A stretch of DNA of 64,000 nt from an uncultured Micavibrio sp. (lineage in GTDB: Bacteria > Pseudomonadota > Alphaproteobacteria > Micavibrionales > Micavibrionaceae), in contig CAZWGO010000006.1 of assembly GCA_964633355.1 (NCBI GenBank), positions 23,255-87,254 of the forward strand. Reading direction: 5' to 3'. Below are positions 39,830 to 50,593 of the stretch, piece after piece; the first letter of the stretch is position 1; each line of letters opens with the position of its first letter. A program made the translations under genes and the position numbers. A model generated the notes under the pieces. It was given only the letters and a program-made list of their open reading frames with translations, ran no database searches and had not been told where the DNA came from.

Positions 39830-40765
39830 ATGGCTGATATCACAGCAGCGATGGTAAAAGAATTACGCGAAAAAAGCGGCGCCGGTATGATGGACGCTAA
39901 AGGCGCTCTCGTTGAAAACAACGGCGATATGGAAGCATCCATGGACTGGCTACGCAAGAAAGGCCTTGCGAAAGCGGCGAAAAAATCCGGTCGCGTTGCG
40001 GCTGAAGGTTTGGTCGGCATTGCATCCGCAGCCGACGGCAAATCCGCAAGCCTTATCGAAGTCAACTCCGAAACGGACTTCGTTGCCCGTAACGAAATCT
40101 TCCAAGGTTTCGTCAAGCAGGCGTCACAAATCGCGCTAAAAGAAAAAGACATCGAAGGCGTTGCCAACGCAGCCTACGGTTCCGGCAAGAATACAAAAGA
40201 CACGTTGACGGATTTGATCGCTCAAATCGGTGAAAACATGAGCCTGCGCCGTTCGACAAACCTGTCGGTTTCCGAAGGCGTCGTTGCAACTTACGTTCAC
40301 AATGCTGTGGCACCAAACCTTGGCAAGATCGGTGTCGTCGTCGCTCTTGAATCGACAGCGTCACAAGAAACTCTTCAGGCTCTGGGTAAGCAATTGGCGA
40401 TGCATATCGCCGCAGCAAAGCCTGAAGCCCTGGATGTTTCAGCGATGGATCCAAAAACGGTCGAGCGCGAAAAAGCGATCCACCGCGATACAGCAAAAGC
40501 TTCCGGCAAGCCTGATGATATCATCGAGAAAATGCTTGAAGGTCGTATGCGCAAATATTTTGAAGAAGTCGTTCTTCTTGAGCAAACTTTCATCATGGAC
40601 GGCGAAACCAAAATTGCCGCTCTTCTTGAAAAAGCCGGTAAAGACGCAGGCGCGCCTGTCAAGCTCATCGGTTTCGTATCCTACGTTCTTGGCGAAGGTA
40701 TCGAAAAGGAAGAAACAGATTTCGCGGCTGAAGTTGAGGCCACGAAAGCTTCGGCGAACGCTTAA
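39830..40765 (+). CDS. tsf: translation elongation factor Ts
   Basis: Contains [24 protein letters not shown]. Confidence 0.97.
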   Translation: MADITAAMVKELREKSGAGMMDAKGALVENNGDMEASMDWLRKKGLAKAAKKSGRVAAEGLVGIASAADGKSASLIEVNSETDFVARNEIFQGFVKQASQIALKEKDIEGVANAAYGSGKNTKDTLTDLIAQIGENMSLRRSTNLSVSEGVVATYVHNAVAPNLGKIGVVVALESTASQETLQALGKQLAMHIAAAKPEALDVSAMDPKTVEREKAIHRDTAKASGKPDDIIEKMLEGRMRKYFEEVVLLEQTFIMDGETKIAALLEKAGKDAGAPVKLIGFVSYVLGEGIEKEETDFAAEVEATKASANA

Positions 40766-40770
40766 TATTG

Positions 40771-40796
40771 AAAAGCCCCTGAAGAGGGGCTTTTTA
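40771..40796 (+). terminator. rho-independent terminator after tsf
   Basis: aaaagcccct-gaag-aggggcttttt: GC-rich stem followed by a T-run. Confidence 0.8.
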
Positions 40797-40799
40797 CTG

Positions 40800-40820
40800 A
40801 ATCCCGCCTTGCGCGGGATT
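40800..40820. repeat. REP-like hairpin (same core as 10098..10117)
   Basis: aatcccgc-cttgc-gcgggatt, compared with attcccgc-gaag-gcgggaat at 10098. Confidence 0.6.
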
Positions 40821-40857
40821 TATCATGTCATTAAAGTAATTGGCGAGAGGTCCTTAT

Positions 40858-41607
40858 ATGTCTGCACAACCAGCTCTGAAACCTGCAACCGAAGCAAAAT
40901 ACAAACGTGTTCTCCTGAAAATTTCTGGCGAAGCGTTGATGGGTACGAAAGAATTTGGACTCGATCCCGATACGGTCGCCCGTATTGCCGATGATGTTAA
41001 AGAAGCCATCGACATGGGCATTCAGGTTTGTATCGTCGTCGGCGCAGGAAATATTTTCCGCGGCGTATCCGGCGCTTCGTCTGGCATGGACAGAACGACT
41101 GCCGATCACATGGGCATGCTCGGCATTGTTATTAATGCACTTTGCCTGCAAAATGCTTTGGAAAAGATTGGCGTCAAAACCCGCGTTCAATCCGCAATCC
41201 AGATGGATCAGGTCTGTGAACCTTATATCCGCCGCAAAGCGATGCGCCACCTCGAAAAAGGCCGTGTCGTTATTTTTGCTGCCGGGACAGGTAATCCATA
41301 TTTCACGTCGGACACAGGCGCTTCGCTTCGCGCTTCAGAAATGAATTGTGACCTGATTGCCAAGGGAACCAAGGTCAACGGTATCTACACTGCCGATCCG
41401 TTCAAAGATCCTGCCGCTACAAAATATGATCATGTGACCTATATGGATATCCTGACCAAGGATTTGAAAGTCATGGATGCAACGGCGGTGTCGCTGGCGC
41501 GTGAAAATAAAATTCCTGTCATGGTCTTCTCGATCCGCGAGAAAGGCAATTTTGCCAAGGTCATGCAAGGTCAAGGCGAATTCACCATCGTCAGCGATAA
41601 AGCTTAA
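40858..41607 (+). CDS. pyrH: UMP kinase
   Basis: Contains [14 protein letters not shown] and [11 protein letters not shown] prefer the ATG at 40858, which has GAGAGG upstream, over the TTG at 40840. Confidence 0.94.
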   Translation: MSAQPALKPATEAKYKRVLLKISGEALMGTKEFGLDPDTVARIADDVKEAIDMGIQVCIVVGAGNIFRGVSGASSGMDRTTADHMGMLGIVINALCLQNALEKIGVKTRVQSAIQMDQVCEPYIRRKAMRHLEKGRVVIFAAGTGNPYFTSDTGASLRASEMNCDLIAKGTKVNGIYTADPFKDPAATKYDHVTYMDILTKDLKVMDATAVSLARENKIPVMVFSIREKGNFAKVMQGQGEFTIVSDKA

Positions 41608-41623
41608 TAGTCAAGAGGATAAA

Positions 41624-42178
41624 ATGTCTTTCAATATAAGTGAAATGAAACAGCGTATGCAATCCACTCAGGAGAATCTTGAGAAGGAGTATTCTGGTCT
41701 TCGCACAGGTCGCGCGAACTCTGGTATGCTCGATCCTGTTACAGTCGATATCTACGGCGCAAGAATGCCGCTGAACCAGGTGGCAACTGTCGGTGTACCG
41801 GAAGCGCGTTTATTGACTGTTCAGGTTTGGGACCAAAGCCAGACCAAGGCAGTTGAAAAAGCGATCCGCGATGCAGGCTTGGGTTTGAATCCGCAAGCGG
41901 AAGGCTCGATGATCCGCGTACCGGTTCCGGAGTTGTCTACAGAGCGCCGCACGGAGCTTGTGAAAGTTGCCGGCAAATATGCAGAAGCCGCACGCGTTGC
42001 GATCCGTAATATTCGCCGCGATGGCATGGACGCGATCAAGAAATTAGAAAAAGACAAAGCGATCTCTGAAGACGATGCGAAGCGTCAGTCTGAAGAAGTT
42101 CAGAAAGCAACAGACGGTTTCATTAAAAAAGTAGATGAAATTCTGGCGCAAAAAGAAAAAGACGTGATGAAGGTCTAA
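41624..42178 (+). CDS. frr: ribosome recycling factor
   Basis: The start [13 protein letters not shown] is preceded by GAGGA. Contains [12 protein letters not shown] and [10 protein letters not shown]. The track ORF start at 41477 lies inside pyrH. Confidence 0.95.
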   Translation: MSFNISEMKQRMQSTQENLEKEYSGLRTGRANSGMLDPVTVDIYGARMPLNQVATVGVPEARLLTVQVWDQSQTKAVEKAIRDAGLGLNPQAEGSMIRVPVPELSTERRTELVKVAGKYAEAARVAIRNIRRDGMDAIKKLEKDKAISEDDAKRQSEEVQKATDGFIKKVDEILAQKEKDVMKV

Positions 42179-42916
42179 ATGAGCGAGATTAATGTTCAAG
42201 CAAATGCGCGTCATGTTGCCATCATTATGGATGGTAATGGACGCTGGGCACGCGCGCGAAACATGAACCGCACCAAAGGCCACCAGAAAGGCCTTGAATC
42301 CGTTCGGCGCGCGACAGAGAGCGCTATCGAACTTAACATCGAATATCTGACCCTTTTCGGTTTTTCATCCGAAAACTGGAACCGTCCGCAGGATGAAGTG
42401 TCAGAGCTGATGCGTCTTCTTCGCTATTATTTACGTTCGGAAACAGCAGACCTGCATAAAAGCGGTATTCGCCTTCGCGTTATCGGCGACCGCACTCGCT
42501 TTGCGCCGGACATTGTTGAGATGATCGAAAATGCAGAGCGTCTAACAGCAGATAATTCAAAGCTCAATCTGATTATTGCGCTGAATTATGGTGGACGTCA
42601 GGATATCTTGCAGGCGAGCAAACAACTGGCCGATCATGCCTGGCGCCAAAATCATCAGCTTACGATGGAAGAGGTTGAGGCGCTTTTGCCCCAATTCCTG
42701 TATACGGCTGGTATTCCCGATCCCGATCTCCTGATCCGTACAAGCGGAGAAAAAAGAATGTCTAACTTCCTGATCTGGCCTTGCGCTTACACGGAGTTTG
42801 TCTTTACCGACGTTCTATGGCCCGATTTTGAAAAAGCCGATTTGGAAGCTGCCTTGCAGGAATATGCGGGTCGTGACCGCCGCTTTGGTGCATTGAAAGA
42901 CAGCGAAAGCAAATAA
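42179..42916 (+). CDS. uppS: undecaprenyl-diphosphate synthase
   Basis: Contains HVAIIMDGNGRWA, FSSENWNRP and RTSGEKRMSNFLIW. Confidence 0.95.
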   Translation: MSEINVQANARHVAIIMDGNGRWARARNMNRTKGHQKGLESVRRATESAIELNIEYLTLFGFSSENWNRPQDEVSELMRLLRYYLRSETADLHKSGIRLRVIGDRTRFAPDIVEMIENAERLTADNSKLNLIIALNYGGRQDILQASKQLADHAWRQNHQLTMEEVEALLPQFLYTAGIPDPDLLIRTSGEKRMSNFLIWPCAYTEFVFTDVLWPDFEKADLEAALQEYAGRDRRFGALKDSESK

Positions 42917-43569
42917 TGTCAAATCTTCAACTCCGCATAATTTCCGCGCTCGTCATGCTTCCATTCGTGGTCGGTGCAGTATTTATGGGCGGTATGCCGT
43001 TTATGATTTTTACCGGAGTTATTTTTGTTCTAGCCGTTTATGAATGGGTCAGGCTTTCTTTAAAAACTCAAAGCAAAGTCGGTTTTCTTCTATTCGGCCT
43101 GATTTACTTGCCGCTTTGCTTTTATGAATTCTATTTTCTGCGGACCGGTTTTGTTGACGGGCTATATCTGGTCATCTCAATGTTACTGGTTATATGGTCG
43201 GCAGATATCGGCGCTTACTTTGTGGGTCGTAAATTCGGCAAGCATAAAATGGCTCCAACGATGAGCCCGAATAAAAGCTGGGAAGGTCTGGCAGGGGCTA
43301 TGTTTTTTTCAGCGCTGATGATGATCGTTTTGATGAAGTATGTTTTTACATCCGACTCCAGCCCAAGCTTGCTTATTTTGGCTTTGACCGGCGCTATGCT
43401 CGGTTACGTTGGCCAAGCTGGCGATCTTTTGGAATCTTTTCTGAAAAGAAAAGCAGGTGAAAAAGATTCCAGTAAGTTAATTCCCGGCCATGGCGGCGTA
43501 CTTGACCGCGTGGATTCAATTCTTCTTGTTTCCCCGATTTTCGTTTTTATCGCGGCCTATGTCCTGTAA
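42916..43569 (+). CDS. cdsA: phosphatidate cytidylyltransferase (short form)
   Basis: 217 aa with SPNKSWEG and SFLKRKAGEKDSSKLIPGHGGVLDRVDS. Confidence 0.9.
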   Translation: MSNLQLRIISALVMLPFVVGAVFMGGMPFMIFTGVIFVLAVYEWVRLSLKTQSKVGFLLFGLIYLPLCFYEFYFLRTGFVDGLYLVISMLLVIWSADIGAYFVGRKFGKHKMAPTMSPNKSWEGLAGAMFFSALMMIVLMKYVFTSDSSPSLLILALTGAMLGYVGQAGDLLESFLKRKAGEKDSSKLIPGHGGVLDRVDSILLVSPIFVFIAAYVL

Positions 43570-44710
43570 ATCGATCACTGTTCTTGGTTCAACCGGTTCC
43601 ATCGGCAAAAGTACCCTCGATCTTCTAAAATTTCACGCCGATAAATTCGACGTGGTTGCGCTTACCGCTAATAAAAATGCCGATTTGTTAATCAAGCAAG
43701 CCTTGCAATTCAAACCAAAGCTGGTCGCTATCGGCGATACGTCGTTATTCCAGCAGGTTAAATCCGCTCTATCGTCCCATGGTATAAAAGTTGTTGCCGG
43801 AGAAGAGGGGATTCTGGAAGCCGCTTCCATGCCTGTCGATATATCCGTCGCTGCGATTGTCGGTATGCGCGGGCTCAAATCCGCTATGGCAACGCTCGGT
43901 AATGCGAGAGTTTTGGCGATTGCAAATAAAGAACCACTGGTTGCCGCCGGAAAAATTTTTCTTGAGCTGGCAAAATCAAAAGGTACAAAAATCCTGCCAT
44001 TGGATAGCGAGCATAATGCGATCTTTCAGGTTTTTGAAAATGACAACCGCACATCCATTTCAAAACTTATTTTGACAGCTTCCGGCGGACCGTTCCGCAC
44101 CTGGTCTTATGAAGAGATGGAGAAGGCGACGCTGGAACAGGCGCTCAAACATCCAAACTGGAGCATGGGATCGAAGATCACCATCGATAGTGCAACATTG
44201 ATGAACAAGGCTTTAGAAGTTATTGAAGCGTCTTATTTATTCGATATGTCATGGGATAAAATCGATGTGCTGGTTCATCCGCAATCGGTTGTGCATTCGA
44301 TGGTCGAATACTCGGACGGATCTGTTTTGGCGCAGCTTGGCGCGCCGGATATGCGAACCCCTATTGCTTATGCTCTTGCATGGCCGCAGCGCATAGAAAC
44401 ATCGGGCGAAAAACTGGACTGGACCAAGGTTCAAACTCTGGAATTTTATCAGCCGGACTTAGGTAAATTTCCCGCGCTTCAAATGGCCTATGATTGCCTG
44501 AAAGGCGATTCTCATCTGCCCGTTATCTTTAATGCCGCCAATGAAATCGCAGTAGAGGCGTTTCTGGACAGGAAAATCGGTTTCAACGATATTTTACGGA
44601 TTGTACGAAAATCTTTGGAATCTCAATCGCTTGCATCTGTACATACGCTGGATGATGTAATAAATCTTGATATATCTGTGCGCGAGCGCACGAAATCCTA
44701 TATAATCTAG
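43559..44710 (+). CDS. dxr: 1-deoxy-D-xylulose-5-phosphate reductoisomerase
   Basis: The start MSCKSITVLGSTGSIGKSTLD overlaps the cdsA end by 11 nt. Contains LANKE, DSEHNAIFQ and NWSMG.KITIDSATLMNK. Confidence 0.94.
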   Translation: MSCKSITVLGSTGSIGKSTLDLLKFHADKFDVVALTANKNADLLIKQALQFKPKLVAIGDTSLFQQVKSALSSHGIKVVAGEEGILEAASMPVDISVAAIVGMRGLKSAMATLGNARVLAIANKEPLVAAGKIFLELAKSKGTKILPLDSEHNAIFQVFENDNRTSISKLILTASGGPFRTWSYEEMEKATLEQALKHPNWSMGSKITIDSATLMNKALEVIEASYLFDMSWDKIDVLVHPQSVVHSMVEYSDGSVLAQLGAPDMRTPIAYALAWPQRIETSGEKLDWTKVQTLEFYQPDLGKFPALQMAYDCLKGDSHLPVIFNAANEIAVEAFLDRKIGFNDILRIVRKSLESQSLASVHTLDDVINLDISVRERTKSYII

Positions 44711-44735
44711 TATCTCAAAACCTTAAGGATATTTA

Positions 44736-46100
44736 ATGAACGAAATTTTTGAATGGGCCCAGATGGCGGCCACCAATATAGGCTTTTTCGGCGTGACTTT
44801 TCTCGCTGTATTGGGCCTGCTGGTTTTCATTCATGAGTGGGGGCATTATATTATTGCGCGCGCCTGCGGTGTTAAAGTCGACACATTTTCGATTGGCTTC
44901 GGCAAGGAAATCTGGGGTTTCAACGACAAGCACGGTACACGCTGGAAAGTCTCGCTGATCCCGCTTGGTGGCTATGTCAAAATGTTCGGTGATACGGATC
45001 CGGCCAGTGCTGGCCATGTCGAAGGCAATGAGCTGTCGGCAAGCGAACGTTCAGTTGCATTTTTTGCCAAACCCGTTGCAAGCCGCGCGGCTATCGTTTT
45101 TGCCGGTCCTGCGATCAATTTTATTTTTGCCATTATTGTTCTGGCTATTCTTTATATATCCGTCGGCAAACCGATTACGCCGCCGCAAGCAATGGGCGTG
45201 GAAGTTGGCGGGGCTGCGGACATGGCAGGATTCCAGCCGCACGATATCATTAAAACCATCAATGGCCGCGAGATTGAGAGCTTCGACAATATCAAGCGCG
45301 AAGTCATGATTGCCTTGAATACAGAGATGAATTTTGTTGTTGAGCGCGACGGCAAGGAAATCGAGCTGAAGGCTACGCCTAAAGTCGTTGAAGAAGAAGA
45401 TCGTTTCGGCTTCAAGCATCAACTGGGCTTTTTGGGACTGATCGGGCCGGCAAACGGGCTTGATGTTAAAGCTATTGCCAAGATCAATGGCCGTGAGACA
45501 GGCAAGGATGTGAATGCAACGCGTCAGGCCTTGGTTGAAAACATGGGTAAGGATCTGACACTCGAAATGACCGGAGGCAAGCCGGGATCGAGCATGCGCG
45601 TGCGCCCGCCAGCCGATATGAATGATAAGATCGGCGATGAGAAAGCTCCTGAGTATAACGCTCTTATACTGGGCGTGCGCCCGGGTGATGAAATCCGGAC
45701 CATGAATCCGATCTCAGCCGTCGGTGAAGCAGTTGTCGATACAGGCCAGATTATTTCCGATACATTGAAGGCCTTGGGCCAGATGATTACCGGAACGAGA
45801 AGCGCGACCGAGTTGGGTGGCATCATCCGAATCGGTGCGATTGCCGGAGACATGGCAGAGCGGGGAATGATCGCGCTTGCAACGTTCACGGCTCTATTGT
45901 CGATCAATCTCGGGCTTATTAACCTTTTCCCGATCCCGATGCTGGACGGCGGACATCTGGTGTTTTACGGACTTGAGGCCCTGAAAGGTCGTCCATTGTC
46001 CGAAAAAGTGCAGGAATACGCGTTTCGCTTCGGTATGGTGGTTCTGGTTAGCCTCATGGTCTTCGCGAATCTGAATGATATCGTTCAGCTTATATTCTAA
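44736..46100 (+). CDS. rseP: RIP zinc metalloprotease RseP
   Basis: Contains HEWGHY, PDZ region(s) and NLFPIPMLDGGH. Confidence 0.93.
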   Translation: MNEIFEWAQMAATNIGFFGVTFLAVLGLLVFIHEWGHYIIARACGVKVDTFSIGFGKEIWGFNDKHGTRWKVSLIPLGGYVKMFGDTDPASAGHVEGNELSASERSVAFFAKPVASRAAIVFAGPAINFIFAIIVLAILYISVGKPITPPQAMGVEVGGAADMAGFQPHDIIKTINGREIESFDNIKREVMIALNTEMNFVVERDGKEIELKATPKVVEEEDRFGFKHQLGFLGLIGPANGLDVKAIAKINGRETGKDVNATRQALVENMGKDLTLEMTGGKPGSSMRVRPPADMNDKIGDEKAPEYNALILGVRPGDEIRTMNPISAVGEAVVDTGQIISDTLKALGQMITGTRSATELGGIIRIGAIAGDMAERGMIALATFTALLSINLGLINLFPIPMLDGGHLVFYGLEALKGRPLSEKVQEYAFRFGMVVLVSLMVFANLNDIVQLIF

Positions 46101-46114
46101 TTTCATAACATATT

Positions 46115-46167
46115 CTGCCCAGTGTACCTCACTTGCCAAATAATGCTTGCTAGAGCACACTGGGCAG
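46115..46167. repeat. 11-bp inverted repeat with a 31-nt spacer between rseP and bamA
   Basis: ctgcccagtgt (46115..46125) pairs with acactgggcag (46157..46167). No clean T-run follows. Confidence 0.5.
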
Positions 46168-46227
46168 AGTAATTTTCTCCTGATTTATCAAGTCTAACAA
46201 TCATTTACCGAGCCAGAGATCATTCCC

Positions 46228-48495
46228 ATGCGGCAATATTTCCGTTACCTGTTTTCAACAGCTGCGATCATCCTAACAGCCGTCCCGTCATCATGGGCCG
46301 CGACCGTTAGGGAAATAAAAGTTGCTGGTACAGAACGAATTGAACCAGCCACGGTAATGAGCTATCTCGAGCTCAAGCAAGGCGATGAAGCGTCGCAAGA
46401 AGCGCTCGACAGCGCATTGAAAGGATTGTTTGCAACAGGCCTGTTTGCCGACGTTACATTGTCCGAAAGCAACGGTGTCGTTACCGTTAATGTCGTCGAA
46501 AATCCGGTCATCAATGTGATCGCATTCGAAGGCAATGACGAGATCAAGGATGAAGAACTGCAAGCGGAAATTCAATTGCGCTCGCGTCAGGTTTTCACGC
46601 GTACAAAAGTGCAGGAAGATGTTGCCCGCTTGTATGAAATTTATCGCCGCAAAGGCCAGTATTCCGCAGAAATCGAACCAAAAGTTATCAAGCTCGACCA
46701 GAACCGCGTCAATCTTGTCTTTGAAATTTCTGAAGGCCCCGTAACGGATATCAGCACAATTCGTTTTGTCGGTAATGAGCGTTTCAGCGATGATGAATTG
46801 CGTAGTGAAATGACGTCACAGGAAGCCCGCTGGTATAATTTCCTGACAACGGCTGACCGTTACGATCCAGATCGCCTTTCTTTTGATCAGGAAAAACTGC
46901 GCCAGTTTTATTTGAAAGAAGGCTATGCCGATTTCCGCATTCTGTCGGCGGTATCCGAATTGTCTCAGGACAAGAAAAACTTTTATATCACGATGACCGT
47001 CGATGAAGGCGAACGCTATAAAGTCAATGACATTCGCGTCAATTCGCAAATCCGCAATCTCGATCCCGCAAGCTTAACCGATCAGGTGAGCTTTAAAGTC
47101 ACTGACTGGTATAACGCGGAAGAAGTCAAAAACTCTGTCGATTTAATGACGAAGAAACTGGGCGATATGCAATATGCTTTCGTAACAGTCGTGCCGGATG
47201 TCGTGCGTAATCGCGACCACAAAACGGTCGATATCGTTTTCAACATCAATGAAAGCCCACGCGTTTTCGTTGAGCGCGTCGATATCAATGGCAACGTCCG
47301 TACGCTTGATAAAGTCGTCCGTCGTCAAGTTGAACTGGTCGAAGGCGATCCGTTCAACCGTACGAAGCTGGCGAAATCCGAACAGGAGATCAAAGACCTC
47401 GGTTACTTTGAAAAAGTTGATGTCAAAACCTTACCGGGTTCTGCACCTGACAAGACAGTCATCGATGTGAACGTAGCCGAGCAATCGACCGGAGAACTTT
47501 CTGTCGGAGCCGGTTTCTCGACCGCCGACGGTCCATTGGCCGACTTTCGCATTCGTGAACGTAACCTGCTTGGCAAAGGCCAGGATTTGACACTTGCAAC
47601 AACGATTGCCGGAAAACGCAGCGAATTTGATCTGTCTTTCACAGAGCCCTATTTTATGGACCGCGATATTGCTGCCGGTGTCGATCTGTTCCATATCACG
47701 CGCGATCAGCAGGATGAATCCTCTTTCGATCAGAAACGTACGGGCGGAGGTTTGCGTCTCGGCTATCCATTGTCGGAAAACCTTCGTCAGACATTGCGTT
47801 ACCGCATCGAGCAAAATGAAATCGACAATGTCGATTCCGATGCTTCCAGATTCATTAGAGATCAGGAAGGCCAGCGTTTTACCTCTGCGATTTCACAACG
47901 TCTGGCCTATGACGATCTGGACAGCAAGCTATTCCCGACCGATGGTTATAGCTTGTGGCTCGACACTGAATTCGCAGGTCTAGGAGGTGACGCCAAGTAT
48001 GTTTCGGGTAAAGCCGGTGCGGCCTATTATTATCCAGTATCCAAAGGCTGGGTTTTCAATCTTTTGGGAGAAGGTGGCGCGATCAAAGGCGTGATGGATG
48101 AAAAAGTCAGGATTAACGAGCGTTATTTCCTTGGCAACAATACCTTCCGTGGTTTTGAAAAAGCCGGTATCGGTCCGCGTGATGAAGTTACGGGTGATGC
48201 CCTCGGTGGTAACTATTTCTATCGCGGTACGGCAGAGCTGACATTCCCGCTCGGCTTCCCGGAAGAAATGGGTATTGCCGGTCACTTGTTCAATGACATC
48301 GGTTCTCTTTGGGAGCTCGAAGACGGCAATCAGGCAGGAGTACAGGATGAAGCATCCTTGCGTGCGGCCGCCGGTATCGGTGCGTCATGGCGCTCTCCGT
48401 TCGGTCCGGTTCGGGTCGATCTGGCTGCTCCATATATCAAGGAAGACTTTGATAAGGATGAATTGTTCCGATTCAGCTTCGGGACAAGATTCTAA
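46228..48495 (+). CDS. bamA: outer-membrane protein assembly factor BamA
   Basis: 755 aa with a signal peptide, POTRA repeats (I..I.V.G..R) and a C-terminal beta-barrel ending FRFSFGTRF. Confidence 0.95.
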   Translation: MRQYFRYLFSTAAIILTAVPSSWAATVREIKVAGTERIEPATVMSYLELKQGDEASQEALDSALKGLFATGLFADVTLSESNGVVTVNVVENPVINVIAFEGNDEIKDEELQAEIQLRSRQVFTRTKVQEDVARLYEIYRRKGQYSAEIEPKVIKLDQNRVNLVFEISEGPVTDISTIRFVGNERFSDDELRSEMTSQEARWYNFLTTADRYDPDRLSFDQEKLRQFYLKEGYADFRILSAVSELSQDKKNFYITMTVDEGERYKVNDIRVNSQIRNLDPASLTDQVSFKVTDWYNAEEVKNSVDLMTKKLGDMQYAFVTVVPDVVRNRDHKTVDIVFNINESPRVFVERVDINGNVRTLDKVVRRQVELVEGDPFNRTKLAKSEQEIKDLGYFEKVDVKTLPGSAPDKTVIDVNVAEQSTGELSVGAGFSTADGPLADFRIRERNLLGKGQDLTLATTIAGKRSEFDLSFTEPYFMDRDIAAGVDLFHITRDQQDESSFDQKRTGGGLRLGYPLSENLRQTLRYRIEQNEIDNVDSDASRFIRDQEGQRFTSAISQRLAYDDLDSKLFPTDGYSLWLDTEFAGLGGDAKYVSGKAGAAYYYPVSKGWVFNLLGEGGAIKGVMDEKVRINERYFLGNNTFRGFEKAGIGPRDEVTGDALGGNYFYRGTAELTFPLGFPEEMGIAGHLFNDIGSLWELEDGNQAGVQDEASLRAAAGIGASWRSPFGPVRVDLAAPYIKEDFDKDELFRFSFGTRF

Positions 48496-48516
48496 TTTTA
48501 AACGGAGTTATCTGAC

Positions 48517-49047
48517 ATGAAAAAACTGGCGCTTTTAGCCATCGCTTTTGCAACGCTGTCTTTATCCGCAGTGGAGGCTTTTGCCGAAGTTTCAATCGGT
48601 ATTATCGACACGCGAAAAATCGTTGATGAATCTGCTGCTGGGAAGAATCTTGCTGCGCAATTGAAAACACGACAGGAAAGCCTGCAAAAAGAAGCGGGCG
48701 CTTTCGAACAAAAACTAAAAGCCGAAGAACAGGACATTATTGCTAAACGTAAGGAAATGAAGCCTGAAGAATTCGATGCCAAGAAAAAAGCGTTTGAACA
48801 GGAATTCATGAAAAGCCGCCAGACGATCCTGACCAAAAGTTCCGATCTGGATTCTGTTCGCAAAAAAGCTTTGGCCGAGCTTCAGAAAAATCTTGCCAAG
48901 GCTGCTGCCGATATTGCTGATGAGAAAAAACTTTCCATGATTGTTGATCGCCAGTTTGTTATCTTGGCGGAAGAAAGCATGGATATTACTGCAGAAGTCA
49001 TGAAAAAACTGAATGAGACGGTAAAAGAAATACCGCTTGGCAAATAA
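48517..49047 (+). CDS. skp: periplasmic chaperone Skp/OmpH
   Basis: 176 aa with a signal peptide and a Lys/Glu-rich coiled coil, in the conserved position after bamA. Confidence 0.85.
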   Translation: MKKLALLAIAFATLSLSAVEAFAEVSIGIIDTRKIVDESAAGKNLAAQLKTRQESLQKEAGAFEQKLKAEEQDIIAKRKEMKPEEFDAKKKAFEQEFMKSRQTILTKSSDLDSVRKKALAELQKNLAKAAADIADEKKLSMIVDRQFVILAEESMDITAEVMKKLNETVKEIPLGK

Positions 49048-49048
49048 T

Positions 49049-50077
49049 ATGCCTGATCAAAGATTCTTTCATAAACCTGTTGCTTTATCTCTCGCTCAGC
49101 TCGCTGCAAAATGTGACATGGAATTAGCGAATGCTGCAGATGGAGATTTTATCGTTGAGGATCTGGCGCCGCTTGATGCTGCCAATTCCTCACAGCTTTC
49201 ATTCCTCGATAACCGCAAATACCGCGAGCAATTTATTAATACAAAAGCGGGCGCTTGCATTATTCATCCGGATTTTAAAGATATCGCGCCCAAGGGGGTT
49301 CGTCTTCTTTTAAGCAAAGCACCTTATAAATCCTACGCTCTTGCGTCTTCGATGATCAATCCCGATCCAAAACCGGATACTGGTATTTCATCTTTCGCCC
49401 GTATTCATGAAACGGCGAAGATCGGCACGAATACCACGATCGAGGATTTTGTTATCATCTCAGAAGATGCGGAAATCGGCGATAATTGCTGGATCGCGCC
49501 TTATACTTTTATCGGCAAAGGCGTCAAAATCGGTAATAACTGCCGCATCATGCAGAATGTCACCATTACTCATTCCTTGATCGGCGACAATGTCAAAATT
49601 TATACAGGTGCGCGCATCGGGCAGGAAGGTTTCGGCTTCGCGATCGACCGTGCCGGCTTCGTTAAAGTGCCGCAATTGGGCCGTGTGATTATCGAGGGTT
49701 ATTCAGAGATCGGCGCGAATACCACGATCGACCGCGGCGCCCTTGGTGATACTGTGATTGGAATGGGGACATGGCTCGATAACCTGATCCAGATCGCCCA
49801 TAATGTCAAAATCGGTAAAGGCTGCATCATGGCGGCTGGTGTCGGTATTTCAGGCAGTTGCGAGATAGGCGACTATGTAATGCTTGGCGGACAAGTTGGC
49901 ATTGTCGGTCATCTTAAAATCGGTACACTTGCCAAGGTTGCCGCAAAATCCGGTGTGACGCGCAATATTCCGCCGAAAGAAGAATGGATGGGATATCCGG
50001 CTATGCCATTGAAGCAATTTTTACGTCACACGGTTTATCTGAACCGCGTGACAAAGCGAAATAAAAAAGAGGCATAA
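49049..50077 (+). CDS. lpxD: UDP-3-O-acylglucosamine N-acyltransferase
   Basis: Left-handed beta-helix hexapeptide repeats and the typical N-terminus FFHKPVALSLAQLA. I prefer the ATG at 49049, just after the skp stop; the TTG at 49037 is the alternative. Confidence 0.93.
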   Translation: MPDQRFFHKPVALSLAQLAAKCDMELANAADGDFIVEDLAPLDAANSSQLSFLDNRKYREQFINTKAGACIIHPDFKDIAPKGVRLLLSKAPYKSYALASSMINPDPKPDTGISSFARIHETAKIGTNTTIEDFVIISEDAEIGDNCWIAPYTFIGKGVKIGNNCRIMQNVTITHSLIGDNVKIYTGARIGQEGFGFAIDRAGFVKVPQLGRVIIEGYSEIGANTTIDRGALGDTVIGMGTWLDNLIQIAHNVKIGKGCIMAAGVGISGSCEIGDYVMLGGQVGIVGHLKIGTLAKVAAKSGVTRNIPPKEEWMGYPAMPLKQFLRHTVYLNRVTKRNKKEA

Positions 50078-50078
50078 G

Positions 50079-50546
50079 ATGACACAAATACTTCCTATCG
50101 ATGTTCGCAAAATCATGGATATGATCCCGCATCGTTACCCGATGCTGCTGATCGACCGAATTGTTGAATTCGAACCGAATATGAAGGCCGTCGGCCTTAA
50201 GAACGTTACGATCAATGAAGACTTTTTCAACGGGCACTTCCCAGATGCGCCGGTTATGCCGGGCGTTCTGATTATCGAAGCTATGGCCCAGACATCTGCC
50301 GTTCTCGTCGTCGCATCAAACCCGAAAGACGGCGAAGGCAAACTGGTCTATTTCATGACCATTGAGAGCGCAAAATTCCGTAAGCCGGTTGTGCCAGGAG
50401 ATCAGCTTCTGCTGACTGTTACCACTATTAAATCTCGCGGCGCCGTCTGGAAATTCAAAGGCGAAGCTCATGTCGATGGCCAATTGGTCGCCGAAGCCGA
50501 GTTTGGCGCGATGATCGTCGATCCCGATAAAAACGTAACAAGCTGA
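50079..50546 (+). CDS. fabZ: 3-hydroxyacyl-ACP dehydratase
   Basis: Contains LPHRYPMLLIDR and FFNGHFPDAPVMPGVLIIEAMAQ. Confidence 0.96.
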   Translation: MTQILPIDVRKIMDMIPHRYPMLLIDRIVEFEPNMKAVGLKNVTINEDFFNGHFPDAPVMPGVLIIEAMAQTSAVLVVASNPKDGEGKLVYFMTIESAKFRKPVVPGDQLLLTVTTIKSRGAVWKFKGEAHVDGQLVAEAEFGAMIVDPDKNVTS

Positions 50547-50593
50547 AAAGCTTTGTGAGTTGCTGGCAGATAAGGATTATTTAAATTAAAGCC

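Noticed and set aside
46115-46167. The 11-bp inverted repeat after rseP, considered as a rho-independent terminator or a small RNA.
   Set aside because: The loop is 31 nt and no T-run follows. I kept it only as a repeat feature.
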